This document shows positions 1 to 8,684 of a DNA stretch of 64,000 nt, piece by piece. The stretch lies in IMG/VR virus record IMGVR_UViG_3300010413_000005, positions 32,001-96,000 of that record; one strand, written 5' to 3'. How positions within the stretch are numbered: the stretch's first letter is position 1; every line of letters begins with the position of its first letter. The position numbers and the translations under genes were made by a program. Source of the DNA: a virus. The notes under the pieces were generated by a model that worked only from the letters and a program-made list of their open reading frames with translations, was not told where the DNA came from and ran no database searches.

Positions 1-129
1 GCGCCAATGAACTATCTTGTTTCTGTTACGATGCAGCGGGCAACGTTCGCAACCTGAACACTTCTTTTCCACTCTGGACAGTAAATCCAATTCGTAGAAT
101 CCTTCTGATCTGGACTTCGTCGATTCCAT
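1..129 (-). CDS. Uracil-DNA glycosylase family 4-like protein, N-terminal fragment (runs off window)
   Basis: Hand translation from ATG at 129 (overlaps the TAA of the upstream gene): MESTKSRSEGFYELDLLSRVEKKCSGCERCPLHRNRNKIVHG. CxxCxLHxxRxxxVxG resembles the Fe-S-binding N-terminus of family-4 UDG. Not in the ORF track. Confidence 0.65.
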   Translation of the reverse strand, partial: MESTKSRSEGFYELDLLSRVEKKCSGCERCPLHRNRNKIVHWR

Positions 130-1031
130 TACCTGGCCATCTCCATGATATCGTTCATTTGAAATTTTTCTAGAAACGAAGCAAATCGAAGTCTTTTGAA
201 GTATTTCACCATTTTGTCCCTATTGGGTTCTGGAGGTATTACTTTCAATTCACAATCGACTTTGATCTTGGTCAACTTTTTATACAACGCGACGTCTCGA
301 GCGTGCTTTAGAACCAATTCGCGATACCTTTGTGCTACCGGCCAATCATTGTTATTGACGGCTCCTTCGAACACTTTCTTCAGAGTGACGTAGTGCCCTA
401 ACAAATTCGCCGCGGTCTTGGGTCCTATAGAAGGCACTCCGGGAATTCCGTCGCTCGAGTCTCCGGACAACGCTTTCAAATCGGCGATTTGCGAAGGAAA
501 TACGCCGTGTTTTTGGAATACTTCGTCTATTCCATACACTTTTTCAGGATTTTTGCCAAACGCAGGAGATATCGTCCAAACCGAGTTGGGCATTATCAAT
601 TGCCTCAAATCCGAATCTCCGGAGTAAATAGCTACGCGACCGGAAGATTTCACCGATAGATTTCCTATAACGTCATCAGCTTCACAATCCACGCCGTAAT
701 ATTGCGGAACTCCGATCGCAGTAAGTATTCCCTTCAATATCGCCTCTTGTCGATTCAATTCTCGAGATATCTCAGCCCTTTGCGGATCGGGTTTATCTCG
801 GTTCTTGTAACCGGCGTACAACTTGTATCTGAAGTTCAATCCTTCTCCTTCCCAAGCGACTGATATGGGAGTTCTCCATTTTTCAAATATCCTCAACGAT
901 ATGTTGATGAATCCGTACACTCCGCCAATCGACATTTCTTCGTCGCCGATTTTGGTGCTGAGATTAGAGAAAGCGTCCGACGTCCTCCAAAGCAAATGAC
1001 GACCGTCCAAAATCATTGTGTCGAATTTCAT
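129..1031 (-). CDS. 5'-3' exonuclease / flap endonuclease (PolA N-terminal-like)
   Basis: Motifs ILDG, YKNR, EADDVIG, SGDSDLRQL and helix-hairpin-helix LSGDSSDGIPGVPSIGPKTA. Start set at MKFDT (1031), which makes a TGATG overlap with the upstream gene. Confidence 0.92.
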   Translation of the reverse strand: MKFDTMILDGRHLLWRTSDAFSNLSTKIGDEEMSIGGVYGFINISLRIFEKWRTPISVAWEGEGLNFRYKLYAGYKNRDKPDPQRAEISRELNRQEAILKGILTAIGVPQYYGVDCEADDVIGNLSVKSSGRVAIYSGDSDLRQLIMPNSVWTISPAFGKNPEKVYGIDEVFQKHGVFPSQIADLKALSGDSSDGIPGVPSIGPKTAANLLGHYVTLKKVFEGAVNNNDWPVAQRYRELVLKHARDVALYKKLTKIKVDCELKVIPPEPNRDKMVKYFKRLRFASFLEKFQMNDIMEMAR

Positions 1032-1285
1032 CAAAACGGAACCTCTTCTTCGTCCACCGGAATCTCCGGACATTCTTCGTCGATGTGTCTATTCCACATA
1101 TCCTTTTTGATTTCGTGCCACTTGCCCAATACAGTATTTCGACGTTTGTACTTCCAAGTCGAACTATCTCGATCCGGAGACCAATACATCAAATAGACTT
1201 CGTGGTATTTGAATCCGGTGGTGAATCGTTTGTAGGTTATCCCACAATGAGGACACCTCTCGTCGTTTTTGTAACAGCGACTCAT
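1031..1285 (-). CDS. Hypothetical protein (CxxC)
   Basis: 84-aa ORF overlap-coupled to both neighbours; CPHC; acidic EEEVPF end. Confidence 0.65.
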   Translation of the reverse strand: MSRCYKNDERCPHCGITYKRFTTGFKYHEVYLMYWSPDRDSSTWKYKRRNTVLGKWHEIKKDMWNRHIDEECPEIPVDEEEVPF

Positions 1286-1485
1286 TCATCGACGTACCGA
1301 AGATAGATCTCTCTGATTTTGCACTTTTGCGCTTCGGAGAGCGTCCATTTGTTTTCCAAACGTTCTTCCATCGATACGACGAAATTGGCTTCCCATTCGG
1401 TCAAATCGTGTTCGTCCTTTTGCAACTCTTGGACTTTGCCGTATAGGTCGTCGAATTCTTTCTTTCTGTTATCCCAATATGACAT
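1282..1485 (-). CDS. Hypothetical protein
   Basis: 67-aa ORF, ATGA overlap downstream, fills the gap in the operon. Confidence 0.65.
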   Translation of the reverse strand: MSYWDNRKKEFDDLYGKVQELQKDEHDLTEWEANFVVSMEERLENKWTLSEAQKCKIREIYLRYVDE

Positions 1486-2295
1486 TCAAATCTCCATAAG
1501 TGATAAAATGAATTTCGATAGCTTCGGACTTTTACTAGTGTTATCTCTACACCACTTATGAATTTTGTTGATCACCACCGTATCGTACCTTATATCTCCG
1601 GATATGTCGGCTGCTATCCATTCCCTGTCCAGGATGTTGTTGGGATACATTTTTGTAACGCGATTGAATACCCTGATTTCCTTCTCGTTGCCCAAATCGG
1701 ACACCCTCATCCGACCGGTCCTGATTAAGTATTCCGTCCAAACCAGATACGCGACTCCGTACGCGTCTGCCAAATCTTCGCTCGTTTGTCTATTCTGCTT
1801 CTTTCCCTTCTGCGGAAGATTGTATTGACTGAAATCGGCGCCCCAACGACTCAGAACGAACTCCTCCATCAAATCCTTCTTCGCGGTTCCGTCTCCGGTA
1901 ACGAACATCTTCACGGAACCGGGATCATGCAAACGGAACGGTATTCCGCTTCTCAAAAGACACATTCTGGCGACTCCTCCCAATTCGCCCTTGTGATGCG
2001 CTCCGTGAGAAGCGTCCAGCGCGTAATCTTCAACTCCGGCGAAATCTGGAGCATGGTCTCTGATTGTTTCTTCGAACCACAACAGGGCATTGTATAGACG
2101 CAACATATTGAACGTCTGATTGTCCTTCGATTTGTCCACGGTCAATCTATAGGCGTCTTTGTGTTTGGCAGCAGCTCCGGCCAAATCAGTGTAGTACGAG
2201 AACCAATTCAGTCCTCCGTCTTTCAGTTGAACGACCGCTCCGTGATTCAACCCCAAATCGTATCCGTTTACCAGTACGCTTTTTTCAATCTTCAT
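1486..2295 (-). CDS. ruvC: RuvC-like Holliday junction resolvase
   Basis: GYDLGLNHGAV, GVEDY, SVKMFVTGDGTAKK and EDLADAYGVA match the RuvC catalytic motifs. Confidence 0.85.
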   Translation of the reverse strand: MKIEKSVLVNGYDLGLNHGAVVQLKDGGLNWFSYYTDLAGAAAKHKDAYRLTVDKSKDNQTFNMLRLYNALLWFEETIRDHAPDFAGVEDYALDASHGAHHKGELGGVARMCLLRSGIPFRLHDPGSVKMFVTGDGTAKKDLMEEFVLSRWGADFSQYNLPQKGKKQNRQTSEDLADAYGVAYLVWTEYLIRTGRMRVSDLGNEKEIRVFNRVTKMYPNNILDREWIAADISGDIRYDTVVINKIHKWCRDNTSKSPKLSKFILSLMEI

Positions 2296-2464
2296 CTTCC
2301 GAAACGTATTCTTTCAGTTCCTTGACTACGATTTCCAATTCGACTACGCGCTGTTGAAGCTTTTCTATGTTGGCCATGGCCCTATATAGGAAATACAAAG
2401 CCACGACCAGAGCGAAAGCTCCTATATTCGTAATCAACGTAATTTTTTCTAAAGCTTGTTCCAT
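2285..2464 (-). CDS. Small membrane protein (TM helix + coiled coil)
   Basis: Hand translation: MEQALEKITLITNIGAFALVVALYFLYRAMANIEKLQQRVVELEIVVKELKEYVSEDED (59 aa, below track cutoff); fills the gap between Rad50 and RuvC. Confidence 0.65.
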   Translation of the reverse strand: MEQALEKITLITNIGAFALVVALYFLYRAMANIEKLQQRVVELEIVVKELKEYVSEDED

Positions 2465-2465
2465 A

Positions 2466-4370
2466 TCAAGCCGCTTCTTCTACCGTAGATGTGCTATCCT
2501 CTCTCACCACCTCCAGGTTCCTATCGAAGAAGTCACACACGTTAGGATCGTGCGATATCACGTAAATGGTTCCGCAGTCCTCTCTCATCTTCTGCAACAA
2601 TATTCCTACTCGAGAGGCGCCCTCTTTGTCCAACCCGTCGAATATCTCGTCCAACAACAGTATTCCCGGCCGGCCGTTCTCTCTCGAAGCTACCAAATCC
2701 ATCAACGCCAACTCCGCTGATATAGTGATCTTGCGTTGCTGTCCGGAGCTGGGTGGGTAGTTCGCCAATCCTTCGATTTCCCACTCCATAGATATCTCGT
2801 CTCTGGTAGCATTCTTTGAACTCTTCAACTGTCGCTGCGTATCGAACGTGACCCGGATATCTCCGTCCGAGAGCGTGTCTAGATAGTAATTGGTTCTCTC
2901 GGTTATGAACGGCATCACAGAATCCAATATGTAACTCGGGAGGCCTTGATCAGAGAATCCTCTCACCCAGAATTCTTGGTGTGCCAATTCATTTTCCCAT
3001 CCGCTCCGGCGAACCTTCAAGTTGGACAACGATTCTTCTGACGTCTTGTTGTCTTTGGCCAATTCGTTTATCTGCTCTTCGTACGGATTGACCTCGTTTT
3101 TGATTACGTCGATGCTTTCGCGTTTCCGTTTGATTGTGGCTTTCAGTTCGGCCGCTTTGGAATCGGTAGATTTCAAAGATCTCAATTCCTTTTCCAACTC
3201 TTCGATCTTTGTGTTTATGGCCAATCCGCGCTCTATAGAAGCTCTGCATTCTTTTATGTGATTCTCGTTATCTTCGTTGCTCTTTTCCAATTTGGAAAGC
3301 TCGACTCTCTGAGATTTCAACCCGTTTTCCAATTCTGATATCTCGAGATTCAACGAGTCCTTGTAATCCTTAGGAGCTCCGGAGTCCAACGGAGCAGTAC
3401 AAGTGGGACAGTTATCCTGTTCCAATTCGGATAACGATTCCTTCTTCAGTCTCAAACTGGCATTTGTAGAACCTATGCCCGAATTGCAAACGCCCAACTT
3501 TTCTCTAATCTTGGATCTATTGATTATCGCAGCTTCCATGTCGGCGCGTATGGATGTTACGTCTATCACCGTGAGCTTCAATTTGTCTATCTTTTCGATG
3601 AGCGCCGGAATGTTGGAACGCTTGGATTCCAATTCTCTCAGTTCGTCCAACATAGTTTTGCAATCTTCGGCGACCACCTTCGTCCGATCCTTCTGCGATT
3701 GTGCGTAAGTATCTTTCTTTTCTTTCAAACGTTTGATCGCCTCTTTATTCGAAGACATTTTGTTTTCAAGAGAATCGATATTGACGGCGACCGATAACAG
3801 AGAATCCTTCAATTCTTTCGCTTTATCTTTCACCACCTGTCGACACTTCTTGAATATATCGGTGCGCATGATGACGTGCAATATGTCTTTTCGATCGGAA
3901 TCTTTGGATAGAACGGAGGCGAACCTCTTCGTATCTCCTTCTGCGTACAACACCACGTTCCTGAAGGTGTGGTAATCCATACCCAACATCCTATCGATCT
4001 TGGTTTGGATGTCGTTCTTCTCTCCCTGCCATTCTGCTCCGGAAGGTTGTATCAAAGCCAACTTCGGTTGGTCCTTCCTTCGTTCCCTCTTTATTGTCCA
4101 GATTCCGTCATCCATCTCTATTCTGGACTCGAGTATGGAGTGCTTCTGCCCGTTTTTGATTACTTGATTCCCGATCTTATCGTCGATGTATTTTCCGAAC
4201 CAGCACCAACTTATCGCTTTGAAGAAATTGGATTTTCCGGATCCGTTGGAAGTCGCCGAAGCAGTATCCTTGTTCACTCCGGTTATCCCTATCAAACCCT
4301 GTTTGTGTAGTTGGATATTCAATTCTTCGTATCCGCAGAAATTCTTTCCTATAACATCCAAAGGTTTCAT
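2466..4370 (-). CDS. sbcC: SbcC/Rad50 (T4 gp46-like) ATPase
   Basis: Walker A SNGSGKS, long coiled coils, zinc hook CPTC, signature-like SSGQQ, Walker B LLLDEIFDGLD, H-loop ISH. Confidence 0.93.
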   Translation of the reverse strand: MKPLDVIGKNFCGYEELNIQLHKQGLIGITGVNKDTASATSNGSGKSNFFKAISWCWFGKYIDDKIGNQVIKNGQKHSILESRIEMDDGIWTIKRERRKDQPKLALIQPSGAEWQGEKNDIQTKIDRMLGMDYHTFRNVVLYAEGDTKRFASVLSKDSDRKDILHVIMRTDIFKKCRQVVKDKAKELKDSLLSVAVNIDSLENKMSSNKEAIKRLKEKKDTYAQSQKDRTKVVAEDCKTMLDELRELESKRSNIPALIEKIDKLKLTVIDVTSIRADMEAAIINRSKIREKLGVCNSGIGSTNASLRLKKESLSELEQDNCPTCTAPLDSGAPKDYKDSLNLEISELENGLKSQRVELSKLEKSNEDNENHIKECRASIERGLAINTKIEELEKELRSLKSTDSKAAELKATIKRKRESIDVIKNEVNPYEEQINELAKDNKTSEESLSNLKVRRSGWENELAHQEFWVRGFSDQGLPSYILDSVMPFITERTNYYLDTLSDGDIRVTFDTQRQLKSSKNATRDEISMEWEIEGLANYPPSSGQQRKITISAELALMDLVASRENGRPGILLLDEIFDGLDKEGASRVGILLQKMREDCGTIYVISHDPNVCDFFDRNLEVVREDSTSTVEEAA

Positions 4371-5539
4371 GCAGCCTCACTATCGTCGGATAGCGCTCGA
4401 GTCTGTTCCAACGCTTTCAAACCTATCGATTTCAATTTGGACGTGTCCAGACCGTCTGTATTCACGCCCTTGGAATCTACGTAATCCATTATCGCGCGCT
4501 CCGGCGAAGAGGACGCTTCACCTGCCGTTTGTTCCAGACGCGATTCGTGGTGGTATACTGGATCGTGTTTGTATTCCGCTCTGATTCCCTTGGACTTTAG
4601 TTCCTTGACGTGCTCTATCACGCCGGATTTGATTTTAGCCCATTCTGCGTGGGTAGCTTTCACTACGAATCTGACGTAATCCTTCTCCGCGAATTCCATT
4701 TTACCGGAGTATGAATTCCAATGTATTAGATGAAATTCGGGCATACCGGTTTTGATCTTTTTCCTCTTCAAACGACCGTCTTCGTAGAATTTCAGAAACC
4801 AAACGCACGATTCCCTTCCGACGTCGTCGAATCTGTGGTGCATAGGAGAACCGAGATAGAAACCCTTTCTCTTACCTTCATTCAAGAACGTCTGATGTTT
4901 ATGGAAGTGTCCTCCTATCACGTGATTGAAAGAAGTGGATATCTCCTCTACAGACAATCCTATATCGCAATTCCATCCGTAATGCTGGCAACCCAATACA
5001 CTATTGTGGAACAGCAAAACGTTTACTTTATCCTTGTGATTAGCGGATATCGATTCGCGATAGGATTCCAATATCGATCTGCTTTTCTCCAGAGAAGAGT
5101 ATTCCAAGTGCCAGAAATTCAACCAATTGGTAGGAGAAAACGGAACCTGGCTGTGCTCGAAACACATCACCTTGTTGTTTCCGTATTTGTACATCTCGGT
5201 CACGAATCGGCCGCCTTGGAGATTGTTGGCGTCGTGATTTCCCGGAATGAGATATACGAACGCCTTGCATTCGCTCAAACATTTCGAAGTCTCGGCTGCG
5301 GTTACTGCGTCCAATCTCGATACGTTGAATAGATCTCCTATTATGTGAAAATCCATCCATTTTTGTTTCGTACCGTATTTTTTCAAAATCAAATTGAATT
5401 TCTTCCACAACTCTATTTGATCATCCAAACGATCGGTCCGGCCTTCGTCGGTAGGTTTGGCGTGAGGAAGAAAATTCCCCATATGCAAATCGGCCGCAAA
5501 CAATCCCGAGTAAACACATTCTTCGGATTCAGATGCCAT
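4367..5539 (-). CDS. sbcD: SbcD/Mre11 (T4 gp47-like) nuclease
   Basis: Metallophosphoesterase motifs ADLH, GDLF, PGNHD, FHN, GGHFH; adjacent to Rad50. Confidence 0.92.
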   Translation of the reverse strand: MASESEECVYSGLFAADLHMGNFLPHAKPTDEGRTDRLDDQIELWKKFNLILKKYGTKQKWMDFHIIGDLFNVSRLDAVTAAETSKCLSECKAFVYLIPGNHDANNLQGGRFVTEMYKYGNNKVMCFEHSQVPFSPTNWLNFWHLEYSSLEKSRSILESYRESISANHKDKVNVLLFHNSVLGCQHYGWNCDIGLSVEEISTSFNHVIGGHFHKHQTFLNEGKRKGFYLGSPMHHRFDDVGRESCVWFLKFYEDGRLKRKKIKTGMPEFHLIHWNSYSGKMEFAEKDYVRFVVKATHAEWAKIKSGVIEHVKELKSKGIRAEYKHDPVYHHESRLEQTAGEASSSPERAIMDYVDSKGVNTDGLDTSKLKSIGLKALEQTRALSDDSEAA

Positions 5540-6599
5540 ATTCCCATCCGTGTTTAGTTCTCAATTCACTGAGCAATTCGGAACGAAGTTGATCGTTTTC
5601 GTTCAACAATGCCACAGTGCTATCTATTCCATTAGCTAATCGGTCGTCTCCGCGCGAATACCACGCTCCGGAGCGCGTCAATATACCGTCCCTTTCACAT
5701 TGGACTATCAACGACCTGCTTTTGTCGAATCCCTGCCCGTATCTCACAACTACCGGCGCTTTTCTGAAAGGAGGGAATATCTGATTCTTGCGGATGTCCA
5801 CGATGGCATTGTGGGCTGTTTTCACGCCGTCTTCATCCTTCTCGCTACCGGTCGCGCGGCGAACGTAAGCGACGATTGTAGCGTGGTGTTTGGTAGCCCA
5901 ACCTCCGGATATCTCTTCCTTGTCCCCGTAGGCTACGCCGATCTTGGTTCTCACCTGAGATATGAATAGCAACGCCACATCTTCTTTGAATACCTTGGGC
6001 ATCACTTTGGGAAGATATCTCGAGAACGCTCCGGCCGCGTCTCCGATCTTCTCCACTCCGTATCCGGCCTCTATTTGCGCTTTGGTTTTGCAAGGGTTGA
6101 TAGAATCCAACACTATCAATATCGGTATTCGGCGCCCCTTGATTTCTCTTATCTTGCTGGCCCTCAGAGTTATTCCATCGATGAAAGAGAATATTCTCTC
6201 TATATCGTCCGGCTGCGAAATGATCAAATGATCGGTATCGACTCCGACTTGTTTGGCATAATCCGGATCAAGTTTGCATTCTTTATCGATGTAAACCGCC
6301 ACTCCGCCTAACGATTGTGTTTCTGAAACTATGTGCAGAGCCAACGTAGTTTTTCCGCTGGATTCGGCTCCATGTAATACGGTCAACCTTCCCAGTGGAA
6401 TACCTCCGCGACCCATGGCCGCGTCTACGGTTGCCAATTGGGTTCCAATTACGCCTCTCACTTTCATCTTGGCGTAATTGGAACCCAACACGTAAGCGTT
6501 GGATTCGTCGCCGGCCGCGGCCAGAATTTCTTCCAGAACGTTTTTGCCCGGCGACGAATCGGGTTTGCTTTGTGACTTCTTTTTATTGGATTTGGACAC
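5529..6599 (-). CDS. recA: RecA recombinase
   Basis: GGIPLGRLTVLHGAESSGKTTLAL, YIDKE, IVLDSI, FISQVRTKIG, KNQIFPPF. Confidence 0.95.
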   Translation of the reverse strand: MSKSNKKKSQSKPDSSPGKNVLEEILAAAGDESNAYVLGSNYAKMKVRGVIGTQLATVDAAMGRGGIPLGRLTVLHGAESSGKTTLALHIVSETQSLGGVAVYIDKECKLDPDYAKQVGVDTDHLIISQPDDIERIFSFIDGITLRASKIREIKGRRIPILIVLDSINPCKTKAQIEAGYGVEKIGDAAGAFSRYLPKVMPKVFKEDVALLFISQVRTKIGVAYGDKEEISGGWATKHHATIVAYVRRATGSEKDEDGVKTAHNAIVDIRKNQIFPPFRKAPVVVRYGQGFDKSRSLIVQCERDGILTRSGAWYSRGDDRLANGIDSTVALLNENDQLRSELLSELRTKHGWEYGI

Positions 6600-6602
6600 T
6601 TT

Positions 6603-7880
6603 TTATTTATTCTTTTTGTCCTTCTTGTCGCCCTTGTCCTTCTTGTCGCCCTTGTCCTTCTTGTCGCCCTTGTCCTTCTTGTCGCCCTTGTTTTTCTTAC
6701 TTTCCGATTCCTGTTTGACCCTGTCCAATTCCTTGTCTATTTCGTCGAAATCGAAATCGTCGTCGTCTTTAGATGATCCGCCTTTCTTCTCCTTCTTGTC
6801 TTCCTTCTTGTCTTCCTTCTCGTCGTCCTTCTCGTCGTCCTTCTCGTCGTCGTCCTCATCTTCGTCGTCGTCGTCTTCATCCTTCTCGTCGTCGTCTTCG
6901 TCTTCGTCGTCCTCATCTTCGTCGTCGTCTTCGTCGTCCCCATCTTTCTCGTCGTCTTCGTCGTCCCCATCTTTCTCGTCGTCTTCGGAGTCCAAGCCGT
7001 CTTCGTCTTCGTCCTTCTCGTCTTCGTCCTTCTCGTCGTCGTCATCATCTTTCTCGTCGTCGTCTTCGTCGTCCGATTCCAACCCGTCATCTTCGTCTTC
7101 GTCGTCGTCGAAATCTTCGGCGTCATCAGACACCTTGACTCCTGCGAGCATCGCCTCTACGTCCTTGGGAGATTTCACCATGTTTGCGAAAATGGCAAAA
7201 AGATCGCAGATTCCGCCTTCTTCCATGGCCTCTGCTATCTTCCTACGAAGACTCTTTTTGAGCGATTTGTGATCCTTCAAGGTATCGGCGTCCACCGTCA
7301 CCTTGTATTTAGTCTTGATTCCCTTGCCCTTTTTGTTGACTATGAGGAATATGGCAGCGGTTTCCTCTGTGATGTCTCCGTTGTCCAGAAACGCTTCTGA
7401 GATGCCGTCGAATATTGTTTTAGGCGCGAATATGACGCACGGTTCCGGATCTAACTTCTGCCATTTCCGAGTCTTGTCTTTGCGCCAAGCTATCGGAGTT
7501 ATTCCCCAAAGGAATCGACGCGTAGCAGACATTTCTGCTGCTTCGTCGGAGTCCACGTCTCCGGACTCTACGTGTTTTTTCACCGGACACTCTTCCGGAA
7601 TCTTCACACCCTTCTTCTTTAGCAGCCTTTGGACGTACGGATGTTCCAGGACCGGATTGGCCTTTACATCGAGAGACGGAACCATGGAATTGTCCTTGCC
7701 GATTCCGTAGTGAACCTCTGCGCGTATGTAGTTGATGCCGTCCGTCAACGGGAATTCTTCCTTGGTACGGCAGCAACCGTGTACGTATATCAGAGTGTCT
7801 CCGGGATCGAACGAGTAGAAGTCGCTACCCCTCTGCTCCTTTTTGTACCCTTCTTTCATGCGCTCAACGTTGACTGACAT
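6603..7880 (-). CDS. Probable single-stranded DNA-binding protein with very long acidic tail
   Basis: Sits between UvsY-like and RecA genes; folded N-terminal ~260 aa, then ~130 aa D/E-rich tract and a basic repeat end. SSB identity is inferred from synteny and the acidic tail. Confidence 0.6.
   Translation of the reverse strand: MSVNVERMKEGYKKEQRGSDFYSFDPGDTLIYVHGCCRTKEEFPLTDGINYIRAEVHYGIGKDNSMVPSLDVKANPVLEHPYVQRLLKKKGVKIPEECPVKKHVESGDVDSDEAAEMSATRRFLWGITPIAWRKDKTRKWQKLDPEPCVIFAPKTIFDGISEAFLDNGDITEETAAIFLIVNKKGKGIKTKYKVTVDADTLKDHKSLKKSLRRKIAEAMEEGGICDLFAIFANMVKSPKDVEAMLAGVKVSDDAEDFDDDEDEDDGLESDDEDDDEKDDDDDEKDEDEKDEDEDGLDSEDDEKDGDDEDDEKDGDDEDDDEDEDDEDEDDDEKDEDDDDEDEDDDEKDDEKDDEKEDKKEDKKEKKGGSSKDDDDFDFDEIDKELDRVKQESESKKNKGDKKDKGDKKDKGDKKDKGDKKDKKNK
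6612..6692 (-). repeat. 18-bp tandem repeat (about 4 copies) encoding GDKKDK
   Basis: ttgtcgcccttgtccttc repeated on the + strand. Confidence 0.9.
6790..7112 (-). repeat. Low-complexity GAC/GAA/GAG repeat tract encoding poly-D/E
   Basis: (tcg/tct/tcc)n on the + strand with sub-repeats such as DDEKDGDDED. Confidence 0.9.
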
Positions 7881-8395
7881 TATTTATCACCTTTCTTGAG
7901 GATTTTTTTCATTTGTTCGCGCCGTTCCTCTTCCAGCGGCGACTCTTCGTAGGACTCTTCCTTTGTGGATAGGTCCTGTTTGGCTATTTCCTTGCGGGTT
8001 TTCGCACCCAATGATTGGGATAGATTGCCGCGTTTATCTAAAGTCTTCCAGATGTGTTCTGCGGTGGTGACGTTATCGGAAGCGATCGCTATCGCTTCTT
8101 TCATTTTCAAAAACAGAGGATCTGATTCTATTTTCGCTTTCACCTTCCACTCGGACGCCTTGGGATCTTTTTTTAGAATCAGCTCCGTTGTTTGCGCCCT
8201 CCAAGCACGATAAATCGCATCAGCTTTGATTTGCTCTTCGACCGCGGCGCCCCAAACTGACGACCAGAACGCCATCTGTTTAGACACCTTGCGTTGTGTA
8301 TCGTCGATATCGTTTATGACGTATTCTTCCGGTTCGATTTTGATAGAAACGCCGTGTACTTTGATGACGCGCCTCTTGAAAGAAATGTCTGTCAT
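7880..8395 (-). CDS. UvsY-like recombination mediator
   Basis: Helical 171-aa protein (ASEWKVKAKIESDP) upstream of SSB-like and RecA genes; call mainly from synteny. Confidence 0.55.
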   Translation of the reverse strand: MTDISFKRRVIKVHGVSIKIEPEEYVINDIDDTQRKVSKQMAFWSSVWGAAVEEQIKADAIYRAWRAQTTELILKKDPKASEWKVKAKIESDPLFLKMKEAIAIASDNVTTAEHIWKTLDKRGNLSQSLGAKTRKEIAKQDLSTKEESYEESPLEEERREQMKKILKKGDK

Positions 8396-8676
8396 TTCTT
8401 ATCCTTTTTCTTTTTGAGCGAATTCAATACGCGCTTGGCGATTTGGCTTTGATTGAATCTCAGAGCTCTAGTCTTGGCGGTATTGAAAGGCTCGCCGTCG
8501 TTTACCAGAGGCGTTTCCATCTTGCGAGATTTGTAAGTAACCGGCTTGAATACTCCGAATCTCGTAATTCGAACCACTTCTCCGGCGTTCACTTTCTCCA
8601 ATATGGATGCGAATATGTCCTTGATTATTTGAGGCTTTACTCGAGCGTCGCGAGCGATTTCCTTGATTCCTGCCAT
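8392..8676 (-). CDS. HU/IHF-like DNA-binding protein
   Basis: 94 aa, basic; GEVVRITRFGVFKP...METP...GEP...LRF matches the HU beta-arm pattern. Confidence 0.85.
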   Translation of the reverse strand: MAGIKEIARDARVKPQIIKDIFASILEKVNAGEVVRITRFGVFKPVTYKSRKMETPLVNDGEPFNTAKTRALRFNQSQIAKRVLNSLKKKKDKK

Positions 8677-8684
8677 GGAGTCTC

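Noticed and set aside
6395-7272. Plus-strand Ser-rich/Arg-rich ORFs and the alternate-frame Thr-rich ORF
   Set aside because: Shadows of the low-complexity poly-D/E tract of the minus-strand gene.
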